This document shows positions 1-10,990 of a stretch of 26,584 bases of DNA, piece by piece; the first letter of the stretch is position 1, and each line of letters starts with the position of its first letter. The stretch lies in contig NC_057718.1 of assembly GCF_004010195.1 (NCBI RefSeq), positions 73,052,854 to 73,079,437 on the forward strand, given 5' to 3'. Source of the stretch: Chiloscyllium plagiosum. Its lineage: Eukaryota. Below the pieces are notes generated by a model. It was not told the DNA's origin, searched no databases, and was given only the letters and a program-made list of their open reading frames with translations. The position numbers and the translations under genes were made by a program.

Positions 1-22
1 GAGAGAGAGAGAGAGAGAGAGA
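1..22. repeat. (GA)n microsatellite, cut by window edge
   Basis: 11 GA units read directly. Confidence 0.95.
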
Positions 23-441
23 CTGAATAGGTTAGGGCAGTTTTCCTCAGAGTGCCAGAGGCATGACCTTAGAGGTTCATAACATCACGAGGGGTATGGA
101 TAGGGTCAATAGACAAGGTCTTTTCCCTGGAGGTATCCAGAATTAAAGGCAAAAGTTTAGGGGGAGTGAGGAAGAAGGGAAAGATATAAAATAGACCTAA
201 GGGGCAAATTTTTCATGTAGAGGGTGGTACACATGTGGAACGGGTTGCCAGAGGAAGTGGTGGAGCCTAGTACAATAACAATATTTAAAAGGCATCGGGA
301 CGGGTATCTGAATAGGAAGGGTTGATAGGGATATGAGCTGGATGCTGGCAGGTGGGACTAGATGGAGTTGGGATATCAGGTCAGCATGGATGAGTTGGAC
401 CGAAGGGTCTGTTTCCATGCTGTACATCTCTATGACTCGAT
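23..441 (+). mobile_element. CR1 (HER1-like) LINE 3' fragment
   Basis: Decayed ORF2 C-terminus (gtggaacgggttgccagaggaagtggtggag, WNxLPEEVVE-like) and 3' end gaagggtctgtttccatgctgtacatctctatgactc; homologous to the minus-strand copy at 7568-7900. Confidence 0.85.
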
Positions 442-442
442 G

Positions 443-2630
443 TTGCCAACTCCTGCATTTAGAGTCAAAGGTGCTGGTTGTATTACTGCCTGCGGCTTAC
501 TTACTATTTGGCATGTATGACATGTACGGCAAACATTAACCACATCCTTGTGCATTCCAGGCCAACTTTTGTACCTTAGCCTGAGTTTTCCTTACACCTC
601 TGTGACCTCCTACTGGTAGTTCATGTGCTACCCATAACACTTCCAGTCTGTATGCTACCTGCAACACAAATCGGTTGCATTTCTGCCCATTTCTCCTCTG
701 CATGAACCTGCCGTGGTCTCCATTTTCATCTGGGATTCTATCTTTAAAAGATAATAACCTTCAGGAATGTTCTAATTTCTTTTCTGAGTATGCAACACAC
801 ATCTTTTATGGTCTAGTCTTTCTGTTGCAAGCCTTTAGCCTTTCAGGACTAAACACTTCTGCCTGACCCTCTGCCTGTCCAGGCTTTCCATGCACCATTA
901 CATCAGACAGGGTGTCTGCTAACTGAACCTCAACTCTTTCATCTTTCTCTTTCGTTTTTACTTCATGCTGAGACTTATGATAGTGGGATCTTGTTACTAC
1001 ACAGTCTGGGACAATTCTAGGGTATTTTTCTTTTAACTCAGCTCCCTAGTCTTCCTTTGGCTTCTCCACAAGGAGCATCACTCCCACCTTTGATCCTGCT
1101 AAATTGTTCCCACCAAATTGTATTCCTGGAACGGACACTCTCAATCACTCCCACTGTTACTCCTCCACTCTTGAGTTGGCCCTCCAACCTGACCTTACAT
1201 AGGCAAACACTAAACTTCTCTCATCTATTCCCCAAATTACCACTCTCTCGGGTAATAGGTTAGAAAGAGTGCAATTATGTTCATCTCTTACTATTAGACA
1301 CTGGTTAGATCCTGTATCTCAAAATTATAGCTTCTTTCCATTTTCTTCCAGTTCTCTCTCAGGGAACTTTACCCAGAGGCGAATTCTTTATAGAGATCAG
1401 GCACTAACTCCATACCCAGCCCGTGCCTAGACTGTGCACTCTCATACAGCTCAACTTTTCTTGGGGTTTCCTTTGTTAGCTTTACTAATGCCACTGGTTT
1501 AGTTTCTTTTCCCACAGTGCCTTTCTTTAAACAAAAACCAGCACTTTGATTTTACATGCCCCACTTTCTGGCAGTGAAAACACTTTTTCCCAGTGCCTTT
1601 CTTAAGCCACCGGCACTAATTTTCTGCATCCCATTCCATTACAGTGAAAACAGATGCCTTTCATCTCCTTTCCACCCGATTGGGCTTCTTTGAAATCGGT
1701 GGTGAAAAATTACCAGTGCGCTCTGTTTTGTAGGGTAGGATCTCCCCTTCTCCCCAATTTCTATCCCTCATGGGATGAAATTTTTGCAGGAAGCTAAAAA
1801 CTTGATCTGATGCACCAATGGATATTTATCTGCCATCTCTGCTGCCTTTCTCACTTTTTGAACTTTGCGTTCATCCACATGAATTCTGATCATCTCTGGA
1901 AGTGAGTTTTTAAAACTCCTCCAGCAGAATAATCTCTTGGAGATTGGTCTTATCTTTTTTTTTAAAAAAGGACCACCTCCACCATCTATCAAAATTACTG
2001 TTTAATTCTTTCAAACTCAACAAGTCTGACCTGTCTCCTCCTTTATGTTTATGAACCGTTGTCTATATGCTTCTGGTACCAATTCATAAGCATTCAAAAT
2101 AGCCTGTTTGATGCATTCATAATCTCTCGAAACCTCATCTGACAGTGCTGCAAATACCTCTCTAGCTGTGCCTACCAGCTTAGTCCAAACTAGCATTTCT
2201 CACAAGTCCTCTGACCACTCCATCTGCCTGGCCAATTTTTCAAATGAGACGAAAGACTTCGACATCTTTCTCAAAAGCGTAGCAGTGTTTAAACATATAT
2301 CACTACCTTCTCTCCATTTCCATCCTGTTAACTTGACTTTCCTGACTAAGTTGCAACTTCTGAAGTTCAAATTCTCTCTCCATCTAACTCCATTTTGCTC
2401 AATTGTATTTTATGTTTTCTTTAACAACTCGACTACATTGGTCTATTTGTCTGACACCCTTACAGTGCTTGACTAACTCCCTTACAATTTTAGCTTTCCT
2501 TTTGTCCCTGGTTAAGCCCAAATCAAACCTCTTTACTAATTCTAAAAGTATAGTTTTTTCTGTCCTCCTAAACTTTCTTGGTAAACTTGGTAATCATCTT
2601 CAAATCCTCTTTAGCAATTTTAAGAGCTAT
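443..2630 (-). pseudogene. Disrupted gag-protease-integrase polyprotein of the Gypsy element
   Basis: FEKLARQMEW...KLVGTAREVFAALSDEVSRDYECIKQAILNAYELVPEAYRQRF (about 2055-2245); FKNSLPEMIRIHVDERKVQKVRKAAEMADKY (ORF 1768-1992); CFHCQKVGHVKSKC (1541-1582); DTG (1310-1318); AHELPVGGHRGVRKTQ...WPGMHKDVVNVCRTCHTCQ (about 505-630). Contains stops and frameshifts. Confidence 0.85.
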
Positions 2631-2826
2631 TTCCCTTACTTTTAATTTAACTAACCACAAATAACTACACAATTAAACAAATTGCCTCACCTACTTTTTA
2701 TTTAAATATCTAGGACAGTAACCAACAAGTGCTTAAATCTGCTGGGATCCTTGTACCCCAGATCTGTCCAAATCTCAGGTTGGATATGTCTAAACTTGTC
2801 CAAATCGAAAATCCGAAACCTCAAAC

Positions 2827-3878
2827 TGTTACAACAACACGGCAGTGAACTCTTCTGCTAATTAAACCAAACACACAGAAAAGTTCACCTCATCTCAATC
2901 TGTTCAAATATATGAGTAACAGAGAATTCCCAACTTCCACTATTTAAAGAAAAAATATCGAATTTATTCCTTAACTCAAAGTGAACATTAAACAACAACT
3001 ATTTACAAAACTATGCCTTCTTTCTCCTAACTGCTTATTATCTGCCTCCAACTCTAACTAACTATCTCCTGTTCCAATAACCAAATCATATTACAATTAT
3101 ATCAACTTAATTTTCAAAATCAAGCAGCAGCAGTAGTCTCCGGTATCCTCGTCCTCTTGGCTATAGAACGCCTTGGGTTGTCTTTTGCTGCAAAAATAGG
3201 TTTCATTAGGAAAAAGGTACCTTTGATAGAGAGTGTTTTGAATGGCAGCTCCTCTCAGATGGCAGTTTAGATTAGATTAGATTAGTTACAGTCTGGAAAC
3301 AGGCCCTTCTGCACAACAAATCCACTCCAACCCGCCGAAGCACAACCCACCCAGACCCCATTCTCCTACATTTACCCCTTCACCTCACACTATGGGCAAT
3401 TTAGCTCGGTCAATTCACCTAACCTGCACATTTCTGGACTGTGGGAGGAAACCGGGGTACTTGGAGGAAACCCACACAGACACAGGGAGAATGTGCAACC
3501 TCCACACTGTCAGTTGCCTGAGGCAGGAATTGAACCCGGGTCTCTGCTAATCACTGTGCCACCGTGCCGCTCACTCTCTCTGGCTAACTGTTTTCTTTAT
3601 GCCCCAAATATCGGATCATCTCATTGAGCCAATGTTGTCAAAACATTACATTCAAATTAGATTGGGCTTTAGCATCTTGGGGCATAGTTTAAACTGATTA
3701 ATTAACTTCGAACGGTTGTGAAAACATAGCAAACAAAACTCAAATATTCGTGTCACAACCAAATGTTACATATTTTCAATTTTTCAGTACACTCTGATGA
3801 CTAGTCAATCAATCAAGTCACATGACAGATACCTGTACTTACTCTTAAAAAGGTACAATACACACCAACTTCATAACA
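2827..3878 (-). repeat. 5' LTR of the Gypsy element, interrupted by a SINE
   Basis: Minus strand begins TGTTATGAAG (3878) and ends GTTGTAACA (2827), i.e. TG..CA with 5-bp inverted termini; AATAAA at 2968-2963; lies just upstream of gag. No second LTR in the window, so boundaries are inferred. Confidence 0.65.
3267..3570 (-). mobile_element. HE1-type tRNA-derived V-SINE
   Basis: A box TGGCACAGTGA, B box GGTTCAATTCC, V-domain GCACATTCTCCC...GTGGGTTTCCTCC, CR1-derived tail with (TAATC)n; short deletion between the boxes. Confidence 0.9.
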
Positions 3879-3989
3879 GTAAAAAAAACAAGCAGGAGGC
3901 TTTATTGCTATGCAGATTAATTTATCTACTTTTTAAATTTTCACTAAACCTGAACTGAACTTCAGTAAGACCACTTTCAAGTATACTGC

Positions 3990-4410
3990 ATGCAGCTCCA
4001 CCTGAAGTACAGGAGAGGATGCAGAGAAGATTGACAGGGATCATACTTAAAGTATACATATACTTTTCAGGAAAAGATGAAAGGTTGCTATCTTCTCAAA
4101 AAGGCTGACGGACAACCTAAATGACTAAAGTTATGGAAGATTTTGATAGACGAGATATATGTTATGTTTCCATTAATGGGGAATAGCATAACTAGAAGCC
4201 ATCAAAACAAGATAGCCACAGGGAAAAAAAAATAATTCAGGAGAAACTTCTTTACCCAACAGATGGTACATGAAATGCACTGCCACAGTGACAGAAGGTA
4301 ACAGATAGCAATGATGATTGGTTTAGATGCGAAAAGATGGAAGTAGGCTTATGTCTTTCTGCACTACAAGTTGGGCTGAATGTTTCTATACAGCAATTCC
4401 TTTGTAGTTG
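3990..4410 (+). mobile_element. Old CR1-group LINE 3' fragment
   Basis: ERMQRRLTGII-like segment (ggagaggatgcagagaagattgacagggatcata), FRRNFFTQ segment and a gttgggctgaa 3' motif; heavily decayed. Confidence 0.6.
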
Positions 4411-4663
4411 AGTATATGGATGAATGCCTGGGTGCACTTGTATAGACACCCAATTTGACAATTTTGTATATTCTCAATTCCGAATAACCTATTTAATAGA
4501 AATGACAATTCTCAGATCTAACTGCTTCAAATCAGAAACTATTCCATTTAATACATAAAATTTCAGTTGTAAAGCTTTCTACCGAAATATCATGTCTCAA
4601 AATGTAAGAGTTACCCAAATTACATCACCGCTCACACTGAATGAAGTTATTTGTAGTACTTAC

Positions 4664-4818
4664 AATGCTAGTCGGTCAAGTACAAAACATACATTCTCAC
4701 ACTCCGCTGTGAGGCAAGGCCGTGCCTTGGAATAATTCTGTATAGCCACAGTATATACTTCCAACAAAGGCAGAGGATTATCAGAGATTTTCCACTTCCC
4801 AGCATACTGTACAAGAGT
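4664..4818 (-). CDS. ZNF292: Internal coding exon (exon 2 equivalent) of a ZNF292/RLF-family zinc finger gene
   Basis: Acceptor TTTTAATTTTTCATTACAG and donor GTAAGTA bound 155 bp (phase 0 to phase 2) encoding TLVQYAGKWKISDNPLPLLEVYTVAIQNYSKARPCLTAECENVCFVLDRLA(L). This closely resembles recalled human ZNF292 TLLEYAEKWKTSEDPLPLLEVYTVAIQSYVKARPYLTSECENVALVLERLAL. The paralog RLF is not fully excluded. The exon is absent from the ORF track. Confidence 0.88.
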
Positions 4819-5139
4819 CTGTAATGAAAAATTAAAATTTCAGTGTTTCTAGTGCATCATGATACAAAAAGCTTTCTCAGCATGAAGCTCAGTTCTTAAC
4901 GTTCAGGGAAATTCAAATATTTTCTTTCTTAACATGTCAAATTTTCCTTAGATTGCATTCATCCATGATATTTTGTCAGGTGCAATTTTTACTTTTGCTC
5001 CAAGATTGATTGTCAGACTCTGCATGCATTAGAATCCTATTGTATCTTGGACCTTGATTCTGGAAATCCCATTAAGCCAAGTTTGCATGATTGACTATTA
5101 ATTTTATTCATACAACTGACAAAAACTGGTATACATTAT

Positions 5140-5620
5140 AACAAATCTGTCTTAATCCTCTGTCACTTAGTAGAAATTTGGGTACCCTTGTTACCAACCT
5201 CTGTATAAACAGAAAATCTGCCTTCCTATTCACCTTATGTCCATCAATCTTATATATCAGAGGTACCCTTTCAACCTTGGTTGCTCAAAGAAACAAAACT
5301 TCCCCATCCAGTTGCTCCTCATAGCTTAGATATTCCAGCATCCTCCTAAAGTTCCTTTGTACCCTTTCATTTGCAATCACATTCTTCGTATTATGGTAAC
5401 AAGAACTGTACACAGTACTCCAACAGTGGTTTAACCAACATCGTACAGAGTTCCATCTTGCCCTTTTATTCAAAACCTTGGCTAATAAAGGCAAGAACCC
5501 ATATACCTTCTTAGACACTATCTACCTGCTCTGCTACCATCAGGGATCTGTGAATATGTGCACCAAGATCCCTCTAGTCTTCTGTACTTTCCAGGATGCT
5601 ACCTGTAAGATACTGTGTTA
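5140..5620 (-). mobile_element. Old CR1 LINE ORF2 C-terminal fragment
   Basis: Minus-strand LEYCVQF (aagaactgtacacagtactccaa on +) and ERVQRNFRRML...LSYEEQL (ORF 5285-5518). Confidence 0.75.
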
Positions 5621-5762
5621 TAGGTTAACTTTAACTCACTCACCAGCTTACTATATATTCATTAACACCAGGTTCCTGTTCATTCATTCATTACCCCTTA
5701 TTTACTAATAACGGTTTCATTATTCATAAAACCGTAGTTTTGGAGTATATTTTGACTATCAT

Positions 5763-5945
5763 ACGCTGGTGTTGGACTGGGGTGGATAATTTTTTTAACA
5801 AAATCAAAACACCAGATTATAGTCCAACAGGTTTATTTGGCAGTACTAACTTTTGGAGCACTGCCCCTTCGTCAGACAGCTAGTGAGGCAAGATCATAAA
5901 ACACAATGTATAACATAAGATCATTGTGCCATGCAAACTGAACTA
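5763..5945 (-). mobile_element. Probable Penelope-like element 3' terminal fragment (second family) with decayed hammerhead-like motif
   Basis: Minus strand CTGACGA-A-GGGGC-AGT-GCTCC-AAAA (5875-5851), then AATAAA and a 9-bp inverted repeat tgttggact/agtccaaca (5770-5778, 5821-5829). Family assignment is by architecture and recall. Confidence 0.55.
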
Positions 5946-6154
5946 ACACCTCTTAATTATGCAAGCAGACCACAGACACAATCCCAGAAGCAGCAGCTGG
6001 CACCTAACACATGTTTTAATCCACATCAACTTCCAGGACAGAAGCCTCTCAAACCTTTGTGTCCTATAGATAAAGGAATGGAATACCATGGTAATGGAAT
6101 TTTAATGGTCACACAAAAGGGTATTATAGTCAGTTCTATTCACAATAACAGGCA

Positions 6155-6535
6155 GGGTATGAAGCACCTTGAAAGTGTGCAGAGATAGTTTTCCAGAATG
6201 GTCCCACAAATTGAAGTTTAGTTACAAGATTAAGTTATGAAAACTGGATATTTGTCCTTGGAGGTGGGAGAGAAGTCAGAGGTGTGAAAACATTTTGATC
6301 AGATTGATAAAAAGCTGTTCCCATTAGCTGATGGCACAAGGAATAGGCAACACAATTGGGAAAGACACACAGGATGGTATGGGGTAAAAATGCTATGATT
6401 AGCAATTTGAAACCTGCTACTCAGATGCGCAGAGGATGCAGGGATTCTTTATTTCAGAAAACTAGATGAATAACCGAGGGAAGCAAACTTGCAGGGCTAC
6501 AGCAACAGCAGGCAACTGGACTGACTAGATTCTCA
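6155..6535 (+). mobile_element. Old CR1-group LINE 3' fragment
   Basis: LESVQR-x-FSRMVP segment and KLFPLADGTRNRQH-like segment; decayed. Confidence 0.6.
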
Positions 6536-6699
6536 AGCCCAAAACGTAAAGTAACAAATACTACTCCCCATATGCACAGATGTTCATATACATCGGAATA
6601 GGTGATTACTAAAGATGTAACATGCTTTTAAATTACTAACACAATAATGTGAATAAAGTTACTTGTTTAATCAAACTTTAGAAGGACAGCAAAAATTAT

Positions 6700-7310
6700 G
6701 TTGCTCCTCAAAGGCAAACTGAGATTGGAAGCTTCTAGTTATTTCAGGTGAAATCCTGGCCATGTTCTTGCAGTTAACAAATATAATCCTGCAGGGAAAA
6801 TCTCTTTTCACTGCCAAAAATGACTGCTATTTGGATTCTGTTCTTCTACTCCGTGAAATTGCTTTATAGTGCTTGCCCTGGACTATGTTACCTGCCTCCC
6901 TTGTGCCAAAGTATTAGCTCCCATTCCAGCAAGCTTTATTCACGTGATAAGTGTATTAAGACATTCCATTATCTGCACAATGGACTGGAGTTTATACAAC
7001 TTATACACAATAGTTGGAGGAAGTAACATAGTTCCACATTCCAGTTCATAATCAGGTCACTGAAAAACTATTTGAAACCCCCACCTGGGAACAGATCTAG
7101 CTGCCATGGTTTCAATCTATTGCTGAAGTGGTGACAGTCTGTCAGTTATCATCTGAGAACGCCATTAATTACCTAGCCAGATTATATGGTTTGTCTGACT
7201 GAACCACAATTTAATTGTTACTTTCTTTTTCAAGTTATGCTGACATATCCCAAATAACGTTGTGCATGACATCACCACATTCTACCCATGAACTCAAATG
7301 TGCCAAACAG
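6700..7310 (-). mobile_element. Possible very ancient LINE reverse transcriptase remnant
   Basis: Minus-strand VIWDMSA*LEK (LDxSxAFDK-like, about 7225-7258) and CADN (YADD-like, about 6969-6980) in the expected order; weak. Confidence 0.3.
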
Positions 7311-7355
7311 CCTCCTTACAGAGTCAAAGAGACATACAGCTGGAAACAGACCCTT

Positions 7356-7565
7356 AGAGTCGAAAAGCGTGGCGCAGGAAAAGCCCTGCAGGTCAGGCAG
7401 CATCTGAACAGCAGGAGAATTGATGCTTCAGGAATAAGCCCTTCATCAGGGGGGTGGGAAAAGGAAGAGGAGGAAGGGGGCTGAGAGATAAATAGGAGGT
7501 TGGGGTAAGGTAGCTGGGAAAACAACAGGTTGATGCAGGTGATGGTGATATATGTCAGAGGGAAG
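7356..7565 (-). mobile_element. Penelope-like element 3' fragment with decayed hammerhead motif
   Basis: Homologous to 8801-9030; minus strand CTGATGAAGGGCTTATTCCTGAAGCATC at 7449-7422. Confidence 0.8.
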
Positions 7566-8800
7566 GAATAGAGTCAGAGTCGTACAGCATGGAAACAGAC
7601 CCTTTGGTCTAACCTGTCCATGCCGATCAGATATCCCAACCCAATCTAGTCCCACCTACCAGCACCTGGCCCATATCCCTCGAAACCCTTCCTATTCATA
7701 TACCCATCCAAATGCCTCTTAAATGTTGCAATTGTACCAGCCTCCACCACATCCTCTGGCAGCTCATTCCATACAAGTACCACCCTCTGTATGAAAAAGT
7801 TGCCCCTTAGGTCTCTTATATATCTTTCCCCTCTCACCCTAAACCTATGCCTTCTAGTTCTCGACTCCCCGACCCCAGGGAAAAGACTTTGCCTATTTAC
7901 ACTATCCATGCCCCTCAATTTTGTAAACCCCTATAACATCACCCCTCAGCCTCCGATGCTCCAGGGAAAACAGCCCCAGCCTGTTTAGCCTCTCCCTATA
8001 GCTCGAATCCTCCAACCCTGGCGACATCCTTGTAAATCTGTTCCGAACTCTTTAAAGTTTCACAACATCTTTCCAATAGGAAGACCAGAATTGCATGCAA
8101 TATTCCATCAGTGGCCTAACCAATGTCCTGTATAGCTGCAATATGACCTCCCAACTCCTGTACTCAATACTGTCACAAATAAAAGAAAGCATACCAAACA
8201 CCGTCTTCACTATCCTATCTACCTGTGACTCCATTGTCAAGGAGCTATGAACATGCACTCCAAGGTCTCTTTGTTCAGCAACACTCCCTAGGACCTTACC
8301 ATTAAGTATATAAGCCCTGCTAAGATTTGCTTTCCCAAAATGCAGCACCTTGCATTTATCGTAATTAAACTCCATCTGCCACTTCTCAGCCCATTGGCCC
8401 ATCTGGTCAAGATCCTGTTGTAATCTAAGGTAAACCTCTTCGCTGTCCACTACACCTCCAATTTTGGTGTCATCTGCAAACTTACTAATTGTACCTCTTA
8501 TGTTCGCACCCAAATCATTTATGTAAATGACAAAAAGTAGAGGACGCAGCACCGATCCCTGTGGCACTCCACTGGTCACAGGCCTCCAGTCTGAAAAACA
8601 ACCCTCCACCACAACCATCTAAGATATAACCTTGCTAATCAGTCTCCCATAGGGAACCGTGTCGAAAGTCTTACTGAAGTCTATACAGATCACATCTACC
8701 ATTCTGCCCTCATCAATCCTCTTTGTTACCCCCTCAAAAAACTCAAAAGTTTGAGAGACATGATTTCCCACTTAAAAGCCATGTTGACTATCCCTAATCA

Positions 8801-10990
8801 AGAGTTGAAAAATGTGGTGCTGAAAAAACACAGCAGGCCAGGCAGCATCCGAGGAGCAGGAGAATCGACGTTTCGGGCATAAGCCCTTCTTCAGGAAAGA
8901 GGCTGGTGTGCCAAGCGGGCTGATATAAAAGGTAGGAGGGAGGGAATTTGGAGGAGGGGCGCTGGGAATACGATAGGTGGAAGGAGGTGAGGGTGATAGG
9001 CCAGAGAGGGGGTGGGGGCGGAGAGGTCGGGAAGAAGATTGCAGGTCAAGAGGGTGGTGCTGAATCTGAGGGTTGGGACTGAGATAAGATGGCGGGAGGG
9101 GAAATGAGGAAGCTGGAGAAATCTACATTCATCCACTGTGGTTGGAGGGTTCCTAGGTGGAAGATGAGGTGCGCTTCCTCCAGGTGTTGTGGCCAGGGTC
9201 TGGCGATGGAGGCAGCCAAGGACCTGCAGGTCATTGGCGGAGTGGGAGGGGGAGTTAAAGTGTTCAGTTGGTGCTGGTATCCCAGAGGTTCCCTGAAACG
9301 TTCCGCAAGTAGGTGGCCTGTCTCCCCAATGTAGAGACGACCACATCAGGTGCCGCGGATACAGTAAATGTTGTCTGTGGAGGTGCAGGTGAATTTGCGA
9401 CGGATATAGAAGGATCCATTGGGGTGGAGAGAGAAATATATCCCTGGTGGTGGCGGAAATGACGGAGGATGATATGATGAATCCGGGAGGTTGGTGGGGT
9501 GGAAGGTGAAGACCAGTGGGGTTCTGTCCTGGTGGTGATTGGAGGGGCAGGGTTCAAGGGCAGAGGTGCGGGAAGTGGAGGAGATGTGGTGGAGAGCGTC
9601 GTCGACCATGGAGGGGAAATTGCGGTCTTTGAAGGAGGAGGCAATTTGAGTTGTTTGGTAGTGGAATTGGTCCTCCTGGGAGCAGATGCGGCGGAGGCGG
9701 AGGAATTGGGAATATGGGATGGCGTTTTTACAGGGGGCAGGGTGGGAGGAGGTGTAATCTAGGTAGCTGTGGGAGTTGGTAAGTTTGTATTAAATGTCGG
9801 TGTTGAGTCGGTCGCTCGAGATAGAAATGGAGTGCGGGGTCTAGGAAGGGGAGTGAGGGGTCTAAGATGGTCCAGGTAAATTTGAGGTCGGGGTGGAAAG
9901 TGTTAGTAAAGTGGATGAACTGTTCAACCTCCTCGTGGGAGCACGAGGTAGCGCCAATACAGTCAGTCATCGATGTAGCGGAGGAAAAGGGGGGTGGTGC
10001 CAGTGTAGTTGCGGAAGATGGACTGTTCCACATATCCGACAAAGAGGCAGGCATAACTGCGGCCCAAGGCTACTCCTTTGGTTTGAAGGAAGTGGGAGGA
10101 TTGGAAGGAGAAGTTAAGAGTGAGGACCAGTTCAGTCAGTCAGTCGAAGGAGGGTGTCAGTGGAAGAGTACTGGTTGGGTTGGCGGGAGAGGAAGAAGCG
10201 GAGGGCTTGGAGACCTTCGTGATGGGGGATGGAAGTGTATAGGGACTGGATGTCCGTCGTGAAGAGAAGGCGTTGGAGGCCGGAGAAGCGAAAATCATGG
10301 AGGGAGGTGGAGGGCATGGGTGGTGTCCCGAAAGTAGGTGGAGAGTTCTTGGACTAAGGGGGACAGGACAGTATGCAGAGATGAGTTCGGTGGAGCAGGA
10401 GCAGGCTGAGACAATGGGTCGGCCAGGGCAGTGGGGTTTGTGGATTTTGGGTTGGAGGTAAAAACGGGCGGTGCGGGGTTGTGGGACTATGGAGGTTGGA
10501 GGCAGTGGATGGGAGATCTCCTGAGGTCATGAGGTTATGGATGGTCTGGGAGATGGTTTGGTGGTGTGAGGTGGGGTCATGGTCAAGGGGGCAGTAGGAG
10601 GCAGTGTCCGTGAGTTGGCGTCTAGCTTCAGTGGTGTAAAGATTGGTGCGCCAAACTAGCACTGCACCTCCCTTGTCTGCCGGTTTGATGGTGAGGTGGG
10701 GGTTGGAGCAGAGGGAGTGGAGGGCTGCGTGTTGTGAGGATGAGAGGTTGGAATGGATGAGAGGTCAATGTCGCGGCAGCAGTTGGATATGATGAGATCG
10801 AGGGCGGGCAAGAGGCCAGCACGGGGTGTCCAGGTGGATAGGGGTGGGTTGGAGGCGGGAGAAGGGGGTTGTCAGAGGGTGGGCAAGAGTCCTTTTTGAA
10901 GAAGTAGGCGCGGAGGCGAAGGCAGCAGAAGAAATGCTTGATATCTAGCTGCGTGTCGAACTCTGATTCGGGAGCGTAGGGGGATGAAGG
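8801..10990 (-). mobile_element. Penelope-like retroelement (Neptune-type), RT plus GIY-YIG, frameshifted
   Basis: IKPADKGGAV (about 10660-10690), DIQSLYTSIP, QTKGVALG (about 10062-10086), YIDD (9966-9977), PFLD, IYCI...YIGET (about 9317-9370). Flanked by tatccctaatca (8789-8800) and tatccataatca (10991-11002). Confidence 0.93.
8863..8898 (-). ncRNA. Minimal type I hammerhead ribozyme motif, core intact
   Basis: Minus strand UUUC-CUGAAGA-A-GGGC-UUAU-GCCC-GAAAC-GUC-GAUU: conserved core, 4-bp stem II, palindromic ACGU as helix III, predicted cleavage after 8867. Helix I is only 2 bp and activity is untested. Confidence 0.7.

Larger units (their letters stand above)
443..3878 (-). mobile_element. 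Gmr1-like Ty3/Gypsy LTR retrotransposon, 5' half (LTR-gag-PR-IN N-terminus), decayed and truncated
   Basis: Minus-strand translation gives gag, CCHC knuckle, DTG protease and HHCC integrase motifs in that order, preceded by an LTR with TGTTA...TAACA termini. Confidence 0.85.

Noticed and set aside
2795..2826. PBS of the Gypsy element
   Set aside because: Minus strand GTTTGAGGTTTCGGAT only weakly resembles a tRNA-Pro PBS; it cannot be assigned.
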